Assembly (NCBI RefSeq): GCF_009914755.1
Contig: NC_060942.1
DNA from: the human T2T-CHM13v2.0 reference genome, Homo sapiens
Direction: 5' to 3' (one strand)
Length of the DNA stretch: 64,000 nt
Each line of letters opens with the position of its first letter. The first letter of the stretch is position 1. The translations under genes and the position numbers were made by a program. The notes beneath the pieces were generated by a model that made no database searches, had not been told where the DNA came from, and worked only from the letters and a program-made list of their open reading frames with translations. This document shows, one piece after another, positions 16,751 to 33,599 of the stretch.

Positions 16751-17343
16751 TATAGCATCTTGGCTGCAGCTGAGATGTTTCTGGAGCATACGTTTTCCTT
16801 GGGGGGTCCTTTTCCGTTCATTCATATGCCGGAGGGCATTTGAAGAGAACATTTCCTTGGTGTGTTAGGAATGCAGGCAAGGAAAATAAGAGGGAGAGAC
16901 AGCAGAGTGTCTGTCTTCTTTGGGATCTCTTCAACTGGGCTAAGCTTCTGTTTTCACAGGAACAACTAAAAAAGAGTTCAGGGACTAATTCTCATGGAAA
17001 GTCTTGAGACTGAACCAGTATAGTGTTTCTAAAAGACCCCAGAAATAAAGTGGAGTGAGAGCTAAAGAAAGAGTCTTATCTTCTATTTCTACATGTTGTC
17101 CAGGGTCGTTTTTGATGTCTTGAGGGGATCCTATCAGCAGGAGATACAGAGAGACTCCTACTGACATCAGCCTTCATGCACACATATGAAAGGAGAAACC
17201 ATGTAGCTGATCCAGCCTGGAGACCATCGATGACAGCCTGGATGATGGACACAGGTGAGGGGACTCCATCAAAGAACAGACAAGACTTTGTTGTAGAAAA
17301 ACAACAACAACAAAAAAAGAGGCTGACATCCTATAATAAATTT

Positions 17344-17810
17344 GTGTTTGGCAGAATCCTAAGGTGGCCCCAAGATTCCCACCTCTAGGTGTACATATTT
17401 TGTATACTCGCTCACCCTCTGTCTTGAGTGTAGGCAGAACTTGTGAATATGAAGGAATGTCACTCCGTGACATCTTAGGTTAGATGACAAAGGTTATCCC
17501 CTCAGGGGATCTTGATTATAGCTGCAAAATCCCCTTTGTCATCCCCTTTAAATTAATCAAAAGGGAATATGAGAGTGGTCTGCAGATAACAAGTAGCAAG
17601 AAAATGAAGACTTCGGTCCTGCAGCTGCAAGGAAACAAATTCTGCCGACAAACGCGAGAAACTTTGCAGTGAATCTTTTCCTGGTCAAGCATCCAGGTTG
17701 AGAACTCAGCTCAGCCAAGACCTTGATTTCAGACTTGTGAGAGCTTGCATGGAGAACTCAGTGACTGTCTGTAGTTTAGGAGTTAATTTTCTCACTCTGT
17801 GTATTAACTG
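17344..17810 (+). mobile_element. MLT1D/E-type MaLR LTR
   Basis: ggcagaatcctaaggtggccccaagattccc...gagtgtaggcagaacttgtgaatatga...ctgcaaggaaacaaattctgcc. Confidence 0.85.
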
Positions 17811-20184
17811 AGTCTGCTTGTAATTTATTGTTTCTGACTTTTTTAAAAAACTGTAAATATTCATTGACTTTCTAACGGATTGCCTTTGATTGATCGATTG
17901 GTGATGGATGCTAATGGAATCTGTGACCCATTCTTTACAAATTACAGATTTCAGAAAAGGAGAGAAGCCAAAAACGTTCACTTGAGAGTGTCATTTGAAG
18001 AGGTAAGCCTCCTCAATTGACATATGTGCCCAAACATTTAGCTGCATTATTTTCTGAAGAGCCAGCAGACCATTCTGGTGACACACTCTTTGCCTTATTG
18101 TTTGCTACATAAAAACCTGAATGGAACTAAATTATAAACTAGGGCTATAGAATAAATGCAGCAATGATGGCTTGAATGGCTAAAACCTGAGATGTCACTC
18201 TCAATGAAAGGCAGTGTTTATTCCACAGCTCAGAGTCACCAATAGCATGAGATACTAAGAAAATGAAATAAACCCTAAGTTAGTAAATTACAAGAAGTCA
18301 TTCTCAAAGTCCATGTCTTGTCTATCCTTTTGATCATAAGGTCATTATGAGATACAAATACTAACATATTTAAAATTTAATAAAAAAGATTTTAAAATGT
18401 AGTTCTCAAGAGTGGTCAGCAACCTTAAAATTGGGGGCTGCAAACACATTCCACTGGCAAAGGATTATGCAAGATAAATTGTTGAACTTTAAAAGACTAA
18501 TAAATTATATTGCAGTTAATTTTATTATCTTTTAATCAACAATGAAGTGGATGCACTATGTTTAAGTTTTTCAAGGATTTTGAATAGAAAATTGTGTTTT
18601 CTGGTCAACTCCCATCACCAATATTCTGGACACGAAATTTGTTCCATATAAGAAAGTAGAAGAGATGGTTCTGCTGTGCAGACACCTTAAAAAATCCAGA
18701 AATGTGGCAGAGGTGGTGGCCACCACTTGCTCCTCTTTTCTCGATTTTCTGAGCTGGACTTTTATTGAAGGATATAGGGAAATTTGAAAAGAAAATACTG
18801 CTTCTAATCCTGCAGTCATCTTCTGCTTTGGCTCTTGAGGGTTCGTTATTCTGGAAGCTGGAATGACATTCAGTAGTGTACTCTGAAAAATGGGAGGAGT
18901 TAATGCGGTTTTTTAAGGTATGATTATGGTCTCCACTTTCCTGTCTAATTTTCTGTAGGGTAATTCAACCTGTATTTCCCCATCTCTTAATGAGAATGAA
19001 TAGCTACACAGTCTGTTTCAGGGGCTTTAATTGTTTCCTAGACATTGCGGATCTTTTCTAATAGTGCTTGTGATGCTTGAGACAAAGTCCCCATTCTTGA
19101 ATGGTTTCTGCCAATCCGACTTTGTGAATAAACTCTAATGACAATATTTTTGAGAAAACCATCGTAAGAATGCCATCAATGTCTTGGAAGTGAATTATAG
19201 GCTATAGGAGAGCCCTGCGGGGAGGGAGGGAGCAGGGAGCCTGCAGCAGTACTGACCAAATCTTTCATGTTCCTAACTATGATGAAACAAAGTTGTTGCT
19301 TTTTTTTCAAATTGCCCTAGTTAAAAGCAGTGAACAAACTACTCAATCTTCACCCCATGACAATTTTCTTGTCTCTGTATGGAACCAGCGTTCATTTCCA
19401 TCATCTGGCCTAATAGTTTGAGGCATTTTCCTTAGTAACATGTCTATTCTCTCCTTTATCATTTGCCTTATGGTGACCAGAGCCTTCTACTCCAGGTAAG
19501 TGTATCTCAAGTCTTTCTGTTTTTCTTTGTATTTTCTATCTCTCTCATTCCATCCTGCAAGTTTCTATGAGCTAACAGGAATATGATTAGTGCTAATTAT
19601 GAGGCATGCTAAGGGAAAAGTGGGAATAATTTAAGAGGGAGGAGTAGTTAATTAATGCAGAGAGATGTGGATAAGAGCGGAGAGAGAGAGAGAGCCATGT
19701 CAAACAGGAATATAAAAAAATCTGAGATCAGAGATTAAGACCAAACAAGAGAAAAAAAGTCTCAACTGCATATTTCCCTGGTGCCCATGACTTTAATCAG
19801 GGGGAGAAGCTTTGGAAAACTGATGATGAAGATGTCAGGTTGCTACTTCTTGGGTTCCAGGAGCCACGCAAGTCTTAAAAATAGCTGAACGATGATCAGG
19901 AAAGGGCAGAACTTCATTCAACCCAATTTAATAATAAGGCTGAATTTTCTCTGTATATTCTCTATGGAATTAAAAAATAAGGCAACAAGAAAAGCTCATT
20001 TTGACTTTTTGGCAGCAGGGAAAGTTAAGTTCCCTGCCTTTCTTCCTGAAGAATGAGTAAAATCAAGAACAAGATTAGTTATGGGGCCACCGTTAGGTGA
20101 AAGGGTTTTTGGTGTGCTGATTAAAGGTGTTTGTGCTGTCATTGTTCTGTCTTTCTTCTTGGTTTGACTTTTGGGATTACCTTC

Positions 20185-20530
20185 TGTACTAGTTTTCTAG
20201 GATTGCCATAACAAAATTTCAGGTGGTTTAAACAACAGAAAGTCAATTTCTTACAGACTGGGGTCTTATGAGGCTTCTCTCCTTGGCTTCTAGATGACCA
20301 GGTTCTCATGGTGTCCTCACATGGTAATCCCTAGATCTGCCTGTGGCCTCTATGTTCGAATCTCCTCTTCTCAGAAGGACACCAGGCATATTGGATTAGG
20401 GCTCACCTAGATGATCTCATTAATTACCTGTTGAAAGTCCCTCTCTGTAAATATGTTCACATTCTGATATACAAGGCACTGAGACTTCAATGCACTGATG
20501 TTTGCAGGGCACTATTCACCTCATAATACC
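20185..20530 (-). mobile_element. MLT1A-type MaLR LTR
   Basis: tgtactagttttctaggattgccataacaaaa...ggtggtttaaacaacagaaa...aaggacaccag...attggattagggc. Confidence 0.85.
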
Positions 20531-20750
20531 CTGTAACCACTGATATCCAGTTCTAACCCCTAATATCCAACTATGGACCTCTACCCCTTCCATTGGTGTA
20601 GTAACACATCTGGGTTTACCTACAAGCTAGCAAGGTCTCTAAGTGTCGATCCCAGGAAAACCTGTAATGGGGTGCTGTGACCATTTTAGTTCAAAGTATT
20701 GCAGCAAAATTCTATTCCTTTTGTTTGTTTGTTTGTTTGTCATTTGACTG

Positions 20751-22200
20751 GTGTATTCATTAAGGTTCAACTAAATTAACAGAACTAGTAATAGTGTGTG
20801 TGTGTCTGTGTGCACGTCCACATGCACACACACCTGCGCCTGTATCTATAGAATTGGTTCACAGAGTGTTAGGAATTGGTTAATTAGTTCTTCAGAATCT
20901 ATCTCCACATCTGATGCTAAAGCCTTGAGTCCACAGGGAAGGAAGTCAGGAAGAGATGAGAATGAGGAGGGTGGAATCCGTGAGCACAAACTTAATTGCC
21001 CCAACAATGGACTAAAACCCATGTCCATTCCTGCTGCTTCTGACCTTGGTGAGAACAGTACTGTATAAGTGTATCTTCATGCTGGTAATAAAGATAAACC
21101 CGAGACTGAGTAATTTATAAAGAGGAAGAGGTTTAATGGACTCACAGTTCCATGTGGTTGGGGAGGTCCCACAATCATGGTGGAAGGTGAAGGAGGAGCA
21201 AATCCACATCTTACCTGGTGGCAGGCAAGAGAGTGTGTGCAGGCGAACTGCCCTTTATAAAACCATCAGATCTTGTGAGACTTATTCACTATCACAAGAA
21301 CAGCAGGGGAAAAACCTGCTCCCATGATTCACTTACCTCCCATTGGGTCCCTCCCACAACATGTGGGGATTATTACAATTCAAGGTGAGATTTGGGTGGG
21401 GACACAGAGCCAAACCATATCATTCTGCCCCTAGCCCCTCCCAAATCTCATATCCTCACATTTCAAAACCAATCAACTCAAAAGTCCACAGTCCAAAGTT
21501 TCATCTGAGAGAAGGCAAGTCCCTTCTGTCTCATATCCAGGTCATGCTGATGCAAGAAGTGGGTTTCCATGGTCTTGGGCAGCTCCACCCCTGTGGCTTT
21601 GCAGTGTACAGCGTCCCTCCCAGCTGCTCTCATGGGCTGGCATTGAGTGTCTGCGGCTTTTCCAGGTGCACAGTGCAAGCTCTTGGTGGGTCTGCCATTC
21701 TGGGGTATGAAAGATGGTGGCCCTCTTTTCACAGCTCCACTAGGCACTAGTCCCCAGTGGTGACTCTGTGTGGGGGCTCCAATAAGTCTCATAAGATCAC
21801 TATCATGAGAACAGCATGGGAAAAACGCACCCCCATGATTCAATTACCTTCCACCAGCTCCCTCTCATGACATGTGGGGATTATTACAATTTGAGGTGAG
21901 ATTTGGGTGGGGACACAGAGCCAAACCATATCAGGTACCCTGTGGAAGCTGGAGCCCTTTGTCATGGAGCCGAGACACACATGGCCCAGCTATTGTTTTT
22001 GGACAGGTGGGATGAGTCAGCAGTTGAGCAGCAGTGCACACGTGCTACACGGTGGCTGCTGCCTCCTGGCCAAACTCACAAGCTCTCAGAATCTCTCCAG
22101 TAGCCCACACTCACCAGAAATACACAAGAAAAAAAGTCTGCAGAATGTAGTTCCACCTAGGTAAGTGGGCACTCACAGGGCAGCCACAGCTTGTCAAACT
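20751..22200 (-). mobile_element. MLT2-type ERVL LTR, split by a THE1 insertion
   Basis: tgtattcattaaggttcaact...acagaactagtaatag(TG)n...tctgatgctaaagccttgagtccacaggg; similar to the copy at 45292. Confidence 0.6.
21062..21933 (-). mobile_element. THE1C/D provirus, internally deleted (LTR 21062-21422, internal 21423-21780, partial LTR 21781-21933)
   Basis: Two LTR copies both ending gagatttgggtggggacacagagccaaaccatatca; THE1-int sequence between them; 5-bp TSD agtac (21057-21061) / ggtac (21934-21938). Confidence 0.93.
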
Positions 22201-22259
22201 TGGTAAGGTGCTGGTGGTGGTAGCAGTGATATTGGTAGTCATGGTGATATAGGTGGTAG

Positions 22260-22490
22260 CTAACATTTATTGAATGAATGCTTACAATGTGTTAGGCACT
22301 GGGCTAAGGTTTTTATGTGATTACTGTACTGTAGTTGATCAGATCCTGACTACAATCCCGTGACAGAGGTTTTATTATCTCCCTCACAAATAAAGACTCG
22401 GGGGCACAAAGATGTTATAGAACTTGCCAAAATACAATGCAGCCAATAAGTGGCAAAGCCATGATTGGAAACCAGGTGGTTTCCAAACAA
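22260..22490 (-). mobile_element. MIR (with an L2-like AATG end nearby)
   Basis: taacatttattgaatg...ggcactgggctaag...ttattatctccc...aacttgccaaa. Confidence 0.7.
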
Positions 22491-22628
22491 CTCTTTTCAA
22501 AATGTCAACCCTATGGCATAAGTTTCTTTAGACAAATGGTCAACTTTCTTCCTCGTTAAAATATCACATTTGCGTTGAAGGGAAGAGTGTGTATGTATAT
22601 TTGTGTGTGTGTTTAAACATCAGCTAGG

Positions 22629-22727
22629 GTCAGACACAGAGCCCAGGAGTTTGAGACCAGCCTGGGCAACATAGCAAGATCCCCATCTCTATAAAAGTAA
22701 GTAAATAAATAAATTTAAAAAATAAAG
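22629..22727 (+). mobile_element. FLAM/AluJ monomer remnant with an internal deletion
   Basis: gagcccaggagtttgagaccagcctgggcaacatagcaaga + (TAAA) tail; flanking repeats taaaYatcagctRgg at 22614-22628 and 22728-22742. Confidence 0.8.
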
Positions 22728-25700
22728 TAAATATCAGCTGGGAAGAATATCCATATAGCCATTTGTCTTCACAAAAAAAAGATCAGTAAATTTGGAATAT
22801 TAGAATTAGACAACCAAATTAATATATCCCAAGATAACTAGTGAGCCTCTGGTGGTATAAAAGAGTTTTGTGGTCATTTGCCATTTCATTACAAACATTG
22901 TAATGATTTTAATACACTTCAAATGTGCCATTTGGAGAAAATAAACCACATCCGTGATGTCCTGCAACACATTTTGCATTTGTGCATTTCCCTGCTTTTG
23001 TCTGCTTATGAATAATGCAGTGAAGAAAATTCACTTGTGTTGTTAGCTCATAGACTCGGTCTGGAATTCTCTATTTCAGCCAGAGCAGCTCTTCTATCAA
23101 TGATTGTTTGCCTAATTTTCCCACAAAACATTATTTTCTATATAAGCAATAATTTAGCATTGAGACTGTATCTTCTCTGGTATTTCTTTCTTCTGTTGGC
23201 TCATAAGAATGTAGCTTTTCAATGTGCTTCATTATTAAAGGGGCATCTATAATATACCAAAATACCATAAACCTGATGCATTAACCACATCTGTATTTTC
23301 ATCTGACTGTATAACAGTTTTCCCACATCGCATATTTCTTCTAACGTTGTTTTTTCAATTTTTAGGAATGCTTTCCATGTATTCTAGCAGCATTTGCTGA
23401 CAAAGGAATGCATTTTATTTTGCCATTATACTGTCTTTTATGTATCATTTCAGTCATTTTTACTGCACACAAAAGAACAAGTGTTTTCCAAAATTGTGAG
23501 GTTTTCTCTTTATTTTTAAGGGAGAAACCTCTGAAGAGGCTTCTAAGCATTTACCACTAGGCTCAGTGAAATTTTGTAAAGTATTACATTATTATTTGCT
23601 AAAAATTGAGAAGAGAGGTTTTATGTTTTTGGTACTGAATTTTAAAATTAATTACTGATTATCATCTAATATCTAAAAATAAACAGTAGCATATTGCAAA
23701 TGATAAATGGATTTTTGATAAATATTTTTGATCCAATTTTTATCAGAGCACATTATTTCACTATTACATTTAGGCTTATAAAAAGAAAGAGCTTTTGCTA
23801 GGACAGTGCAACTATCACATCTAATATTTTTTGCTGTTAAGTTATCCTTGCATATTAATATTATTTTCAACTTTGATTTCTTTACAGACATTTTTTAAGG
23901 ATCGACTATCCATTTTGTGGTTTAATTAAAAACTAGGAAATATTATAGTATATAACTGCGAAGTTAGGCTCATGCAAACTGTCATAGATTGTAGCTTACT
24001 GAAAGTGATCACATGGGAGAGGGTTCCACTGTAAACCACCTTGCTGGGGAATGAACACACTATTCTCATGATTCTGCATTCTCTGCATGGCATGCAAACT
24101 GAAGGAGGGTCCTCCATTTTCAATCCATATACTAAACATTGGTAACATTTATTTTTTTCCTATAAATTTTGGATAAAAGAACTCCAACCAGAAGGTCTAG
24201 CATGCCCTTTTGGAGGATATTTTCAATATTAAAGCAAGACTGGAGATTAGAGTATTGGCCTAGGAGAAGGGGACAGAGGAAGATGCTGAGCTCACCTTAG
24301 TCCTTGCCCTTTAGCCTTGCAGATGTTATTCAGTGATGCTCAGAGGATCATACAAAAGCTCTATAATAATAAACTGGAATGTGCTTTTCCCCAGCCTCCC
24401 TGTACATATATATCTCTATGAATTCATATGGAAGGAGATGGAGCTAAGTAGCTCAGGTGGGACAAGACATGATTCAGAAATCCAAGCACAGGCACATTTG
24501 CTACTATAACTTTAATCATTTTGATTTTTGAATAAGGCGATCACTGCAAACTGCACATTTTCCTGGCAGTAAAGTAAGTTTCAAGGAACTCCTTATGTAG
24601 AAACACATGGCTCTGGTATATTTTCATCAACATATATAGCTCCTGCAGTTTGACGTTATTCAGTAGTATTCCTTCATTTGTTCTATATTTCTGTAAAGAG
24701 GATAATAAAATACCAGCTTCAAATCATTTTAGTCACAGCTGATAGGATTATAATATCAAAATTCCATTTCTTTTATATATTGTATTGATTATTGACACTG
24801 AATTGGAGTGACTTACTATTACATGCTAAATAGAGTTTCTGGAAGAAAATTAGAGATTTAATATCTGTTTTGGAACATATTTACAGTAAAAAAAAAAACA
24901 CAAGAGTCACTCTTCAGTGTTCCTGCTGGTTTTGGTTGTAGTCTTACTTCATTTTGATATCCTATATAAAATATATTTTATTACACAATTACAACATGTA
25001 AAATGTAAGTTGAAAAAAGACCTTAACATTTTGACCCAGGATAGCAGATATTTAACTAACATCCAAGATTCTGTGGAATGGGATTCGGAGTTAAATATGG
25101 TGATTCAGTCATTCAACTTATTGAACAACTATTTCCCAGGGTTTATCCTAAATCTCTGAGATTCATCCACAATGAAACTGTACATACTGTACAAAGAACT
25201 GTTAAGGAGAAGGCAGAGTGATCTTATATGTCAAAAATGTCTACACAGAACAGGAAATTGCAGATATCAGTGAACACATGAGGAGTAAAAATAAAGCCAT
25301 TAGTAAACGTTATAGAAGAATAACTGAGCTACGTGGTCAGATGGAAAAGAGATAACATTAATAACAGCTGCAGAAGAGACTCAAGGCAAGCTTTCAGAGT
25401 GTCCACTCTCCAGCCATTAGTCACATCACTTATTTGGCTAAGTGTAGAGAATGTGGGAGAATCATGATGCACCTTGCTGAAAATGTTGCTTCCTAAAAGG
25501 TAGAACATTGTTTTTCAAAATACAAATATGCAATACCCAGACCAAATTCTTACAGCATATACTTTATAGTTCAGATTCTTGGGTATTGCACAGATTCAAT
25601 AATTTCTATAAATGACACCAAAGTTTCTGATTTTCTTAAATCAGACACCTTGGTGGTACTTCAGTGATAGTTATATACACTAAAGTTTGAAAACTGAAAG

Positions 25701-26149
25701 GACATGGGAGACCACTGACTACACCGTCTCCCTGAATGCAATCTAACAGAAGTGGTGAAGGAACTTTAGGAAATGTGACCATATTACCCAAGGGTGCGCT
25801 ATGGGTAAGGAAGGAAAAAATTGAGAATCACCAGTCAGCTTTGCTCTTCTATATGATGTCGTATTTCAAAAGCTGAAGTGAAATTTCATCGCCTTTTCAA
25901 AGAACAAGTCTTTGGAAAGGAAATAGCTTGAGAGGGTTGAGTTTCTCTTGAAAGGCAATTCAACGTGCAATTATTTAACTTCCATGTGATGAGAGGTATC
26001 TAAAGATGCCAATGTGCTTGCTTGTGCAGAGAGTTCTCTGAGGTGAGATTTCTGAAATAATGTGCACCAGATTGAGAAGAGGTTATGGACTCTCTATTCA
26101 AGGATGAATAGAAGATGCTGACACAGAAAAAGGACCACTTTTTCCTGAA

Positions 26150-26320
26150 CAGAAATGGGTTGAAACCTGGCACTAGTCACACTAGTTCTGTGACTGTAGG
26201 TCATTCCTTACTTCTGTGAGCATCCTTCTTCTTATCTTGAAAATGGAGGTGAAATACCTGACCCATAGTTTGTTGTAGGTAATAAAGAAATAATAAGTGT
26301 ACAACTCTTGTGCAGATGCA
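26150..26320 (+). mobile_element. MIR
   Basis: tgggttgaaacctggc...cactagttctgtgact...gaaaatggagg...tacctgacccatag. Confidence 0.75.
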
Positions 26321-27019
26321 CAGAATTTTTTTTTTTTACATCAAGTTTCTGTCTCAAATTTCTTCCCATCAAAAACTTTGGCAAAGGGAACTGGAAATTG
26401 CTGAATGAGCTGGGTCATTTTTGAAACGTGGAAAATGGAAGACATGGCAAGAAAATACCATTCTGATTTTTAACGTCGGGGCAATATTCAATTCAGAAAA
26501 GCACACATTAGTTTGCTTAACAGTGATCTTTGGCAGGATTTTTATGTGTATTATTTAAAGCATGGAATGTTTGCATGTGTGCAAGACATACATTGATAAT
26601 AACTAGGTCCAATGTCACAACAGGTGACTTGCATGTCTTTTCTTGACAAGGTTATTAGATGTTTAGATCAGGAAATCTTATAGGGCAGAGGTATATGACT
26701 TATAGCAAGACATCTGATGAACTCTACATGTCATAGTTTCTTTGTGCTAAAAAATTTAAAATGTCCTCTGAGACGAAGCTTCCAGAGGAACGATCAGGCA
26801 GCGACATTTGCTGTTCAGCAATATTCGCTGTTCTGCAGCCTCTGCTGCTGATACCCAGGCAAACAGGGTCTGGAGTGGACCTCCAGCAAACTCCAACAGA
26901 CTTGTAGCTGAGGGTCCTGACTGTTAGAAGGAAAACTAACAAACAGAAACAACATCCACACCAAAACCCCATCTGTACGTCACCATCATCAAAGACCAAA
27001 GATAGATAAAACCACAAAG

Positions 27020-28037
27020 ATGGGGAAAAAACAGAGCAGACAAGCTGAAAATTCTAAAACTCAGAGCACCTCTCCCCCTCCAAAGGAACACAGTTCCTCG
27101 CCAGCAATGGAACAAAGGTGGATGGAGAATGACTTTGACAAGTTGAAAGAAGGCTTCAGACGATCAAACTTCTCTGAGCTAAAGGAGGAAGTTCGAAGCC
27201 AACACAAAGAAACTAAAAACCTTGAAAAAAAGATTAGACGAATGGCTAACTAGAATAACCAGTGTAGAGAAGTCCTTAAATGACCTGATGGAGCTGAAAA
27301 CCATGGCACAAGAACTATGTGATGAATGCACAAGCTTCAGAGCTGATTCGATCAAGTGGAAGAAAGGGTATCAGGGATTGAAAATCAAATGAATGAAATG
27401 AAGCGAGAAGAGAAGTTTAGAGAAAAAAGAGTAAAAAGAAATGAACAAAGCCTCCAAGATATATGGGACTATGTGAAAAGACCAAATCTACGTCTGATTG
27501 GTGTACCTGAAAGTGACAGGGAGAGTGGAACCAAGTTGGAAAATACTCTGCAGGATATTATCCAGGAGAATGTCCCCAACCTAGCAAGGCAGGCCAACAT
27601 TCAAATTCAGGAAATACAGAGAATGCCACAAAGATACTCCTCGAGAAGAGCAACTCCAAGACACATAATTGTCAGATTCACCAAAGTTGAAATGAAGGAA
27701 AAAATGTTAAGGGCAGCCAGAGAGAAAGGTCGGGTTACCCACAAAGGGAAGCCCATCAGATTAACAGCAGATCTCTCTGCAGAAACTCTACAAGCCAGAA
27801 GAGAGTGGGGGCCAATATTCCACATTCTTAAAGAAAAGAATTTTCAACCCAGAGTTTCATATCCAGCCAAACTAAGCTTCAAAAGCAAAGGAGAAATAAA
27901 ATCCTTTACAGACAAACAAATGTTGAGAGATTTTGTAAACACCCAGCCTGCCCTACGAGAAAGAGCTCCTGAAGGAAGCACTAAACATGGAAAGGAACAA
28001 CTGGTACCAGCCACCGCAAAAACATGCCAAATTGTAA
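27020..28037 (+). pseudogene. L1 ORF1p, frameshifted
   Basis: MGKKQSR... start; IWDYVKRPNLRLIGVPE and RATPRHIIVRFTK motifs; split across frames. Confidence 0.95.
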
Positions 28038-28100
28038 AGACCATCGATGCTAGGAAGAAACTGCATCAACTAACAAGCAAAATAACCAGCTAACATCATA

Positions 28101-32207
<4,107 letters not shown>

Positions 32208-32718
32208 ACAATGAGAACACGTGGACACAGGAAGGGGAACGTCACAGACCAGGGCCCGTTGTGGGGTGGGGGGAGGGGGGAGGGAAAGCATTAGGAGATA
32301 TACCTAATGTGAATGATGAGTTACTGGATGCAGCACACCAACATGGCACATGTATACATATGTAACAAACCTGCACGTTGTGCACATGTACCCTAGAACT
32401 GAAAGTATAATAAAAAAAAATTTTAAATGCTATAGCTATGACTGTTGTATTAGGAACTGATTGAATAATTTTTTTTCATGCTATTACTTTTCCTCAGAAA
32501 CCTGGTTATCACCCCTTGAAAGTTGTTGATATGAAATATTAGGTTCATGAGTTCAGGTGGCTTTGATGACTTTCATTTGCAGCTGTATAGATCTGTTTTC
32601 CTGACAGTCTATTTCTTTCAATAGAAGGATCAAATGGATGTTTTTAAAAAGCGTTCATGCGTCTGGGCTTGGAGCACAGTGAGAGTCAGTCAGGCTGTGG
32701 ATCCCCAGATAAGGGAGT

Positions 32719-32838
32719 TTTTTTTTTTTTTTTTTGAGACAGGATCTCACTCTGTCCCTGAGGTTGGAGTGCAGTGGCGGGATCAGGGCTCACTGCAACC
32801 TCCTCCTTCCAGGCTCAAGCCATCTTCCCACCTCGGCA
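32719..32838 (-). mobile_element. AluJ-type 3' fragment
   Basis: Poly(T) + gagacaggatctcactctgtc...ggctcaagccatc. Confidence 0.9.
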
Positions 32839-33599
32839 TAACCTTTGGGGAGAAGATTTGTTTACATTTTACTCTATCTGATACTTTGGTGTCTGTGTAC
32901 TTAATATATTTAGTATACTGTACTTTAGCACAGTGTTTCCTCAAACTTTGTTTTTTGTTCTTGAGCTTCAAGAACTCAAGAAACAACTGGCAGTAAGTTA
33001 CTACCTGTACAAACCAGTTTTGGAAAGAGGTCATCAGGTTTTATTCAAGAAGTTAAAGCCATGATATGGGAATGGGGAGAGGCCACTGTGGCCGGGGCAG
33101 CTGCGCTCGATAAAGGTCTTTGGTAATTACCCTTTGTTGTTCCCGTGGTCCACAGCTGTTACTCCTGTTTGTTGATCCTGTGCCTGAAGATTGCTCAGAG
33201 CTCTTTCGGGAAGAACATTCGTTCCTCTGCTGTCTTAGGTGAGTGTTGAGTGTTTCTCCTGTTCTGTTTTTGTTTGTTTGTTTATTTTCCCATCAGCTTG
33301 TTTTTTATTGTCCTGGTCTGCTGTTTTTCCACTTTGTGTTTTTTAGCCTTGTTATGATTCTTCTGCTTTCCTTTACATTTTCTTTTTGCTCTTTGAATGG
33401 GAACTTTAGAGGGATGGAAAGTAAATAGACACAGCAGTTGTCTTATTTGGATGGCATATTTATATAGTAATATCTTTAGGAAAAAACAAAACCAAAATAA
33501 GACAAAAAGTCTCATTAGTCATGCTGATACAGGTTTGGGAAATGCTGATATAGTGTTTTAGAATTTAGAGAAAGAAACAAACACATTTAGCTACTGTAA

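Noticed and set aside
18625-18652. gacacgaaatttgttccatat resembling the U6 snRNA 3' end
   Set aside because: The match is short and gapped, with no upstream U6 similarity, A tail or TSD.
33098-33114. E-box + GATA composite (TAL1/GATA1-like)
   Set aside because: The site is CGATAA rather than WGATAA and the spacing is too short for the canonical composite.
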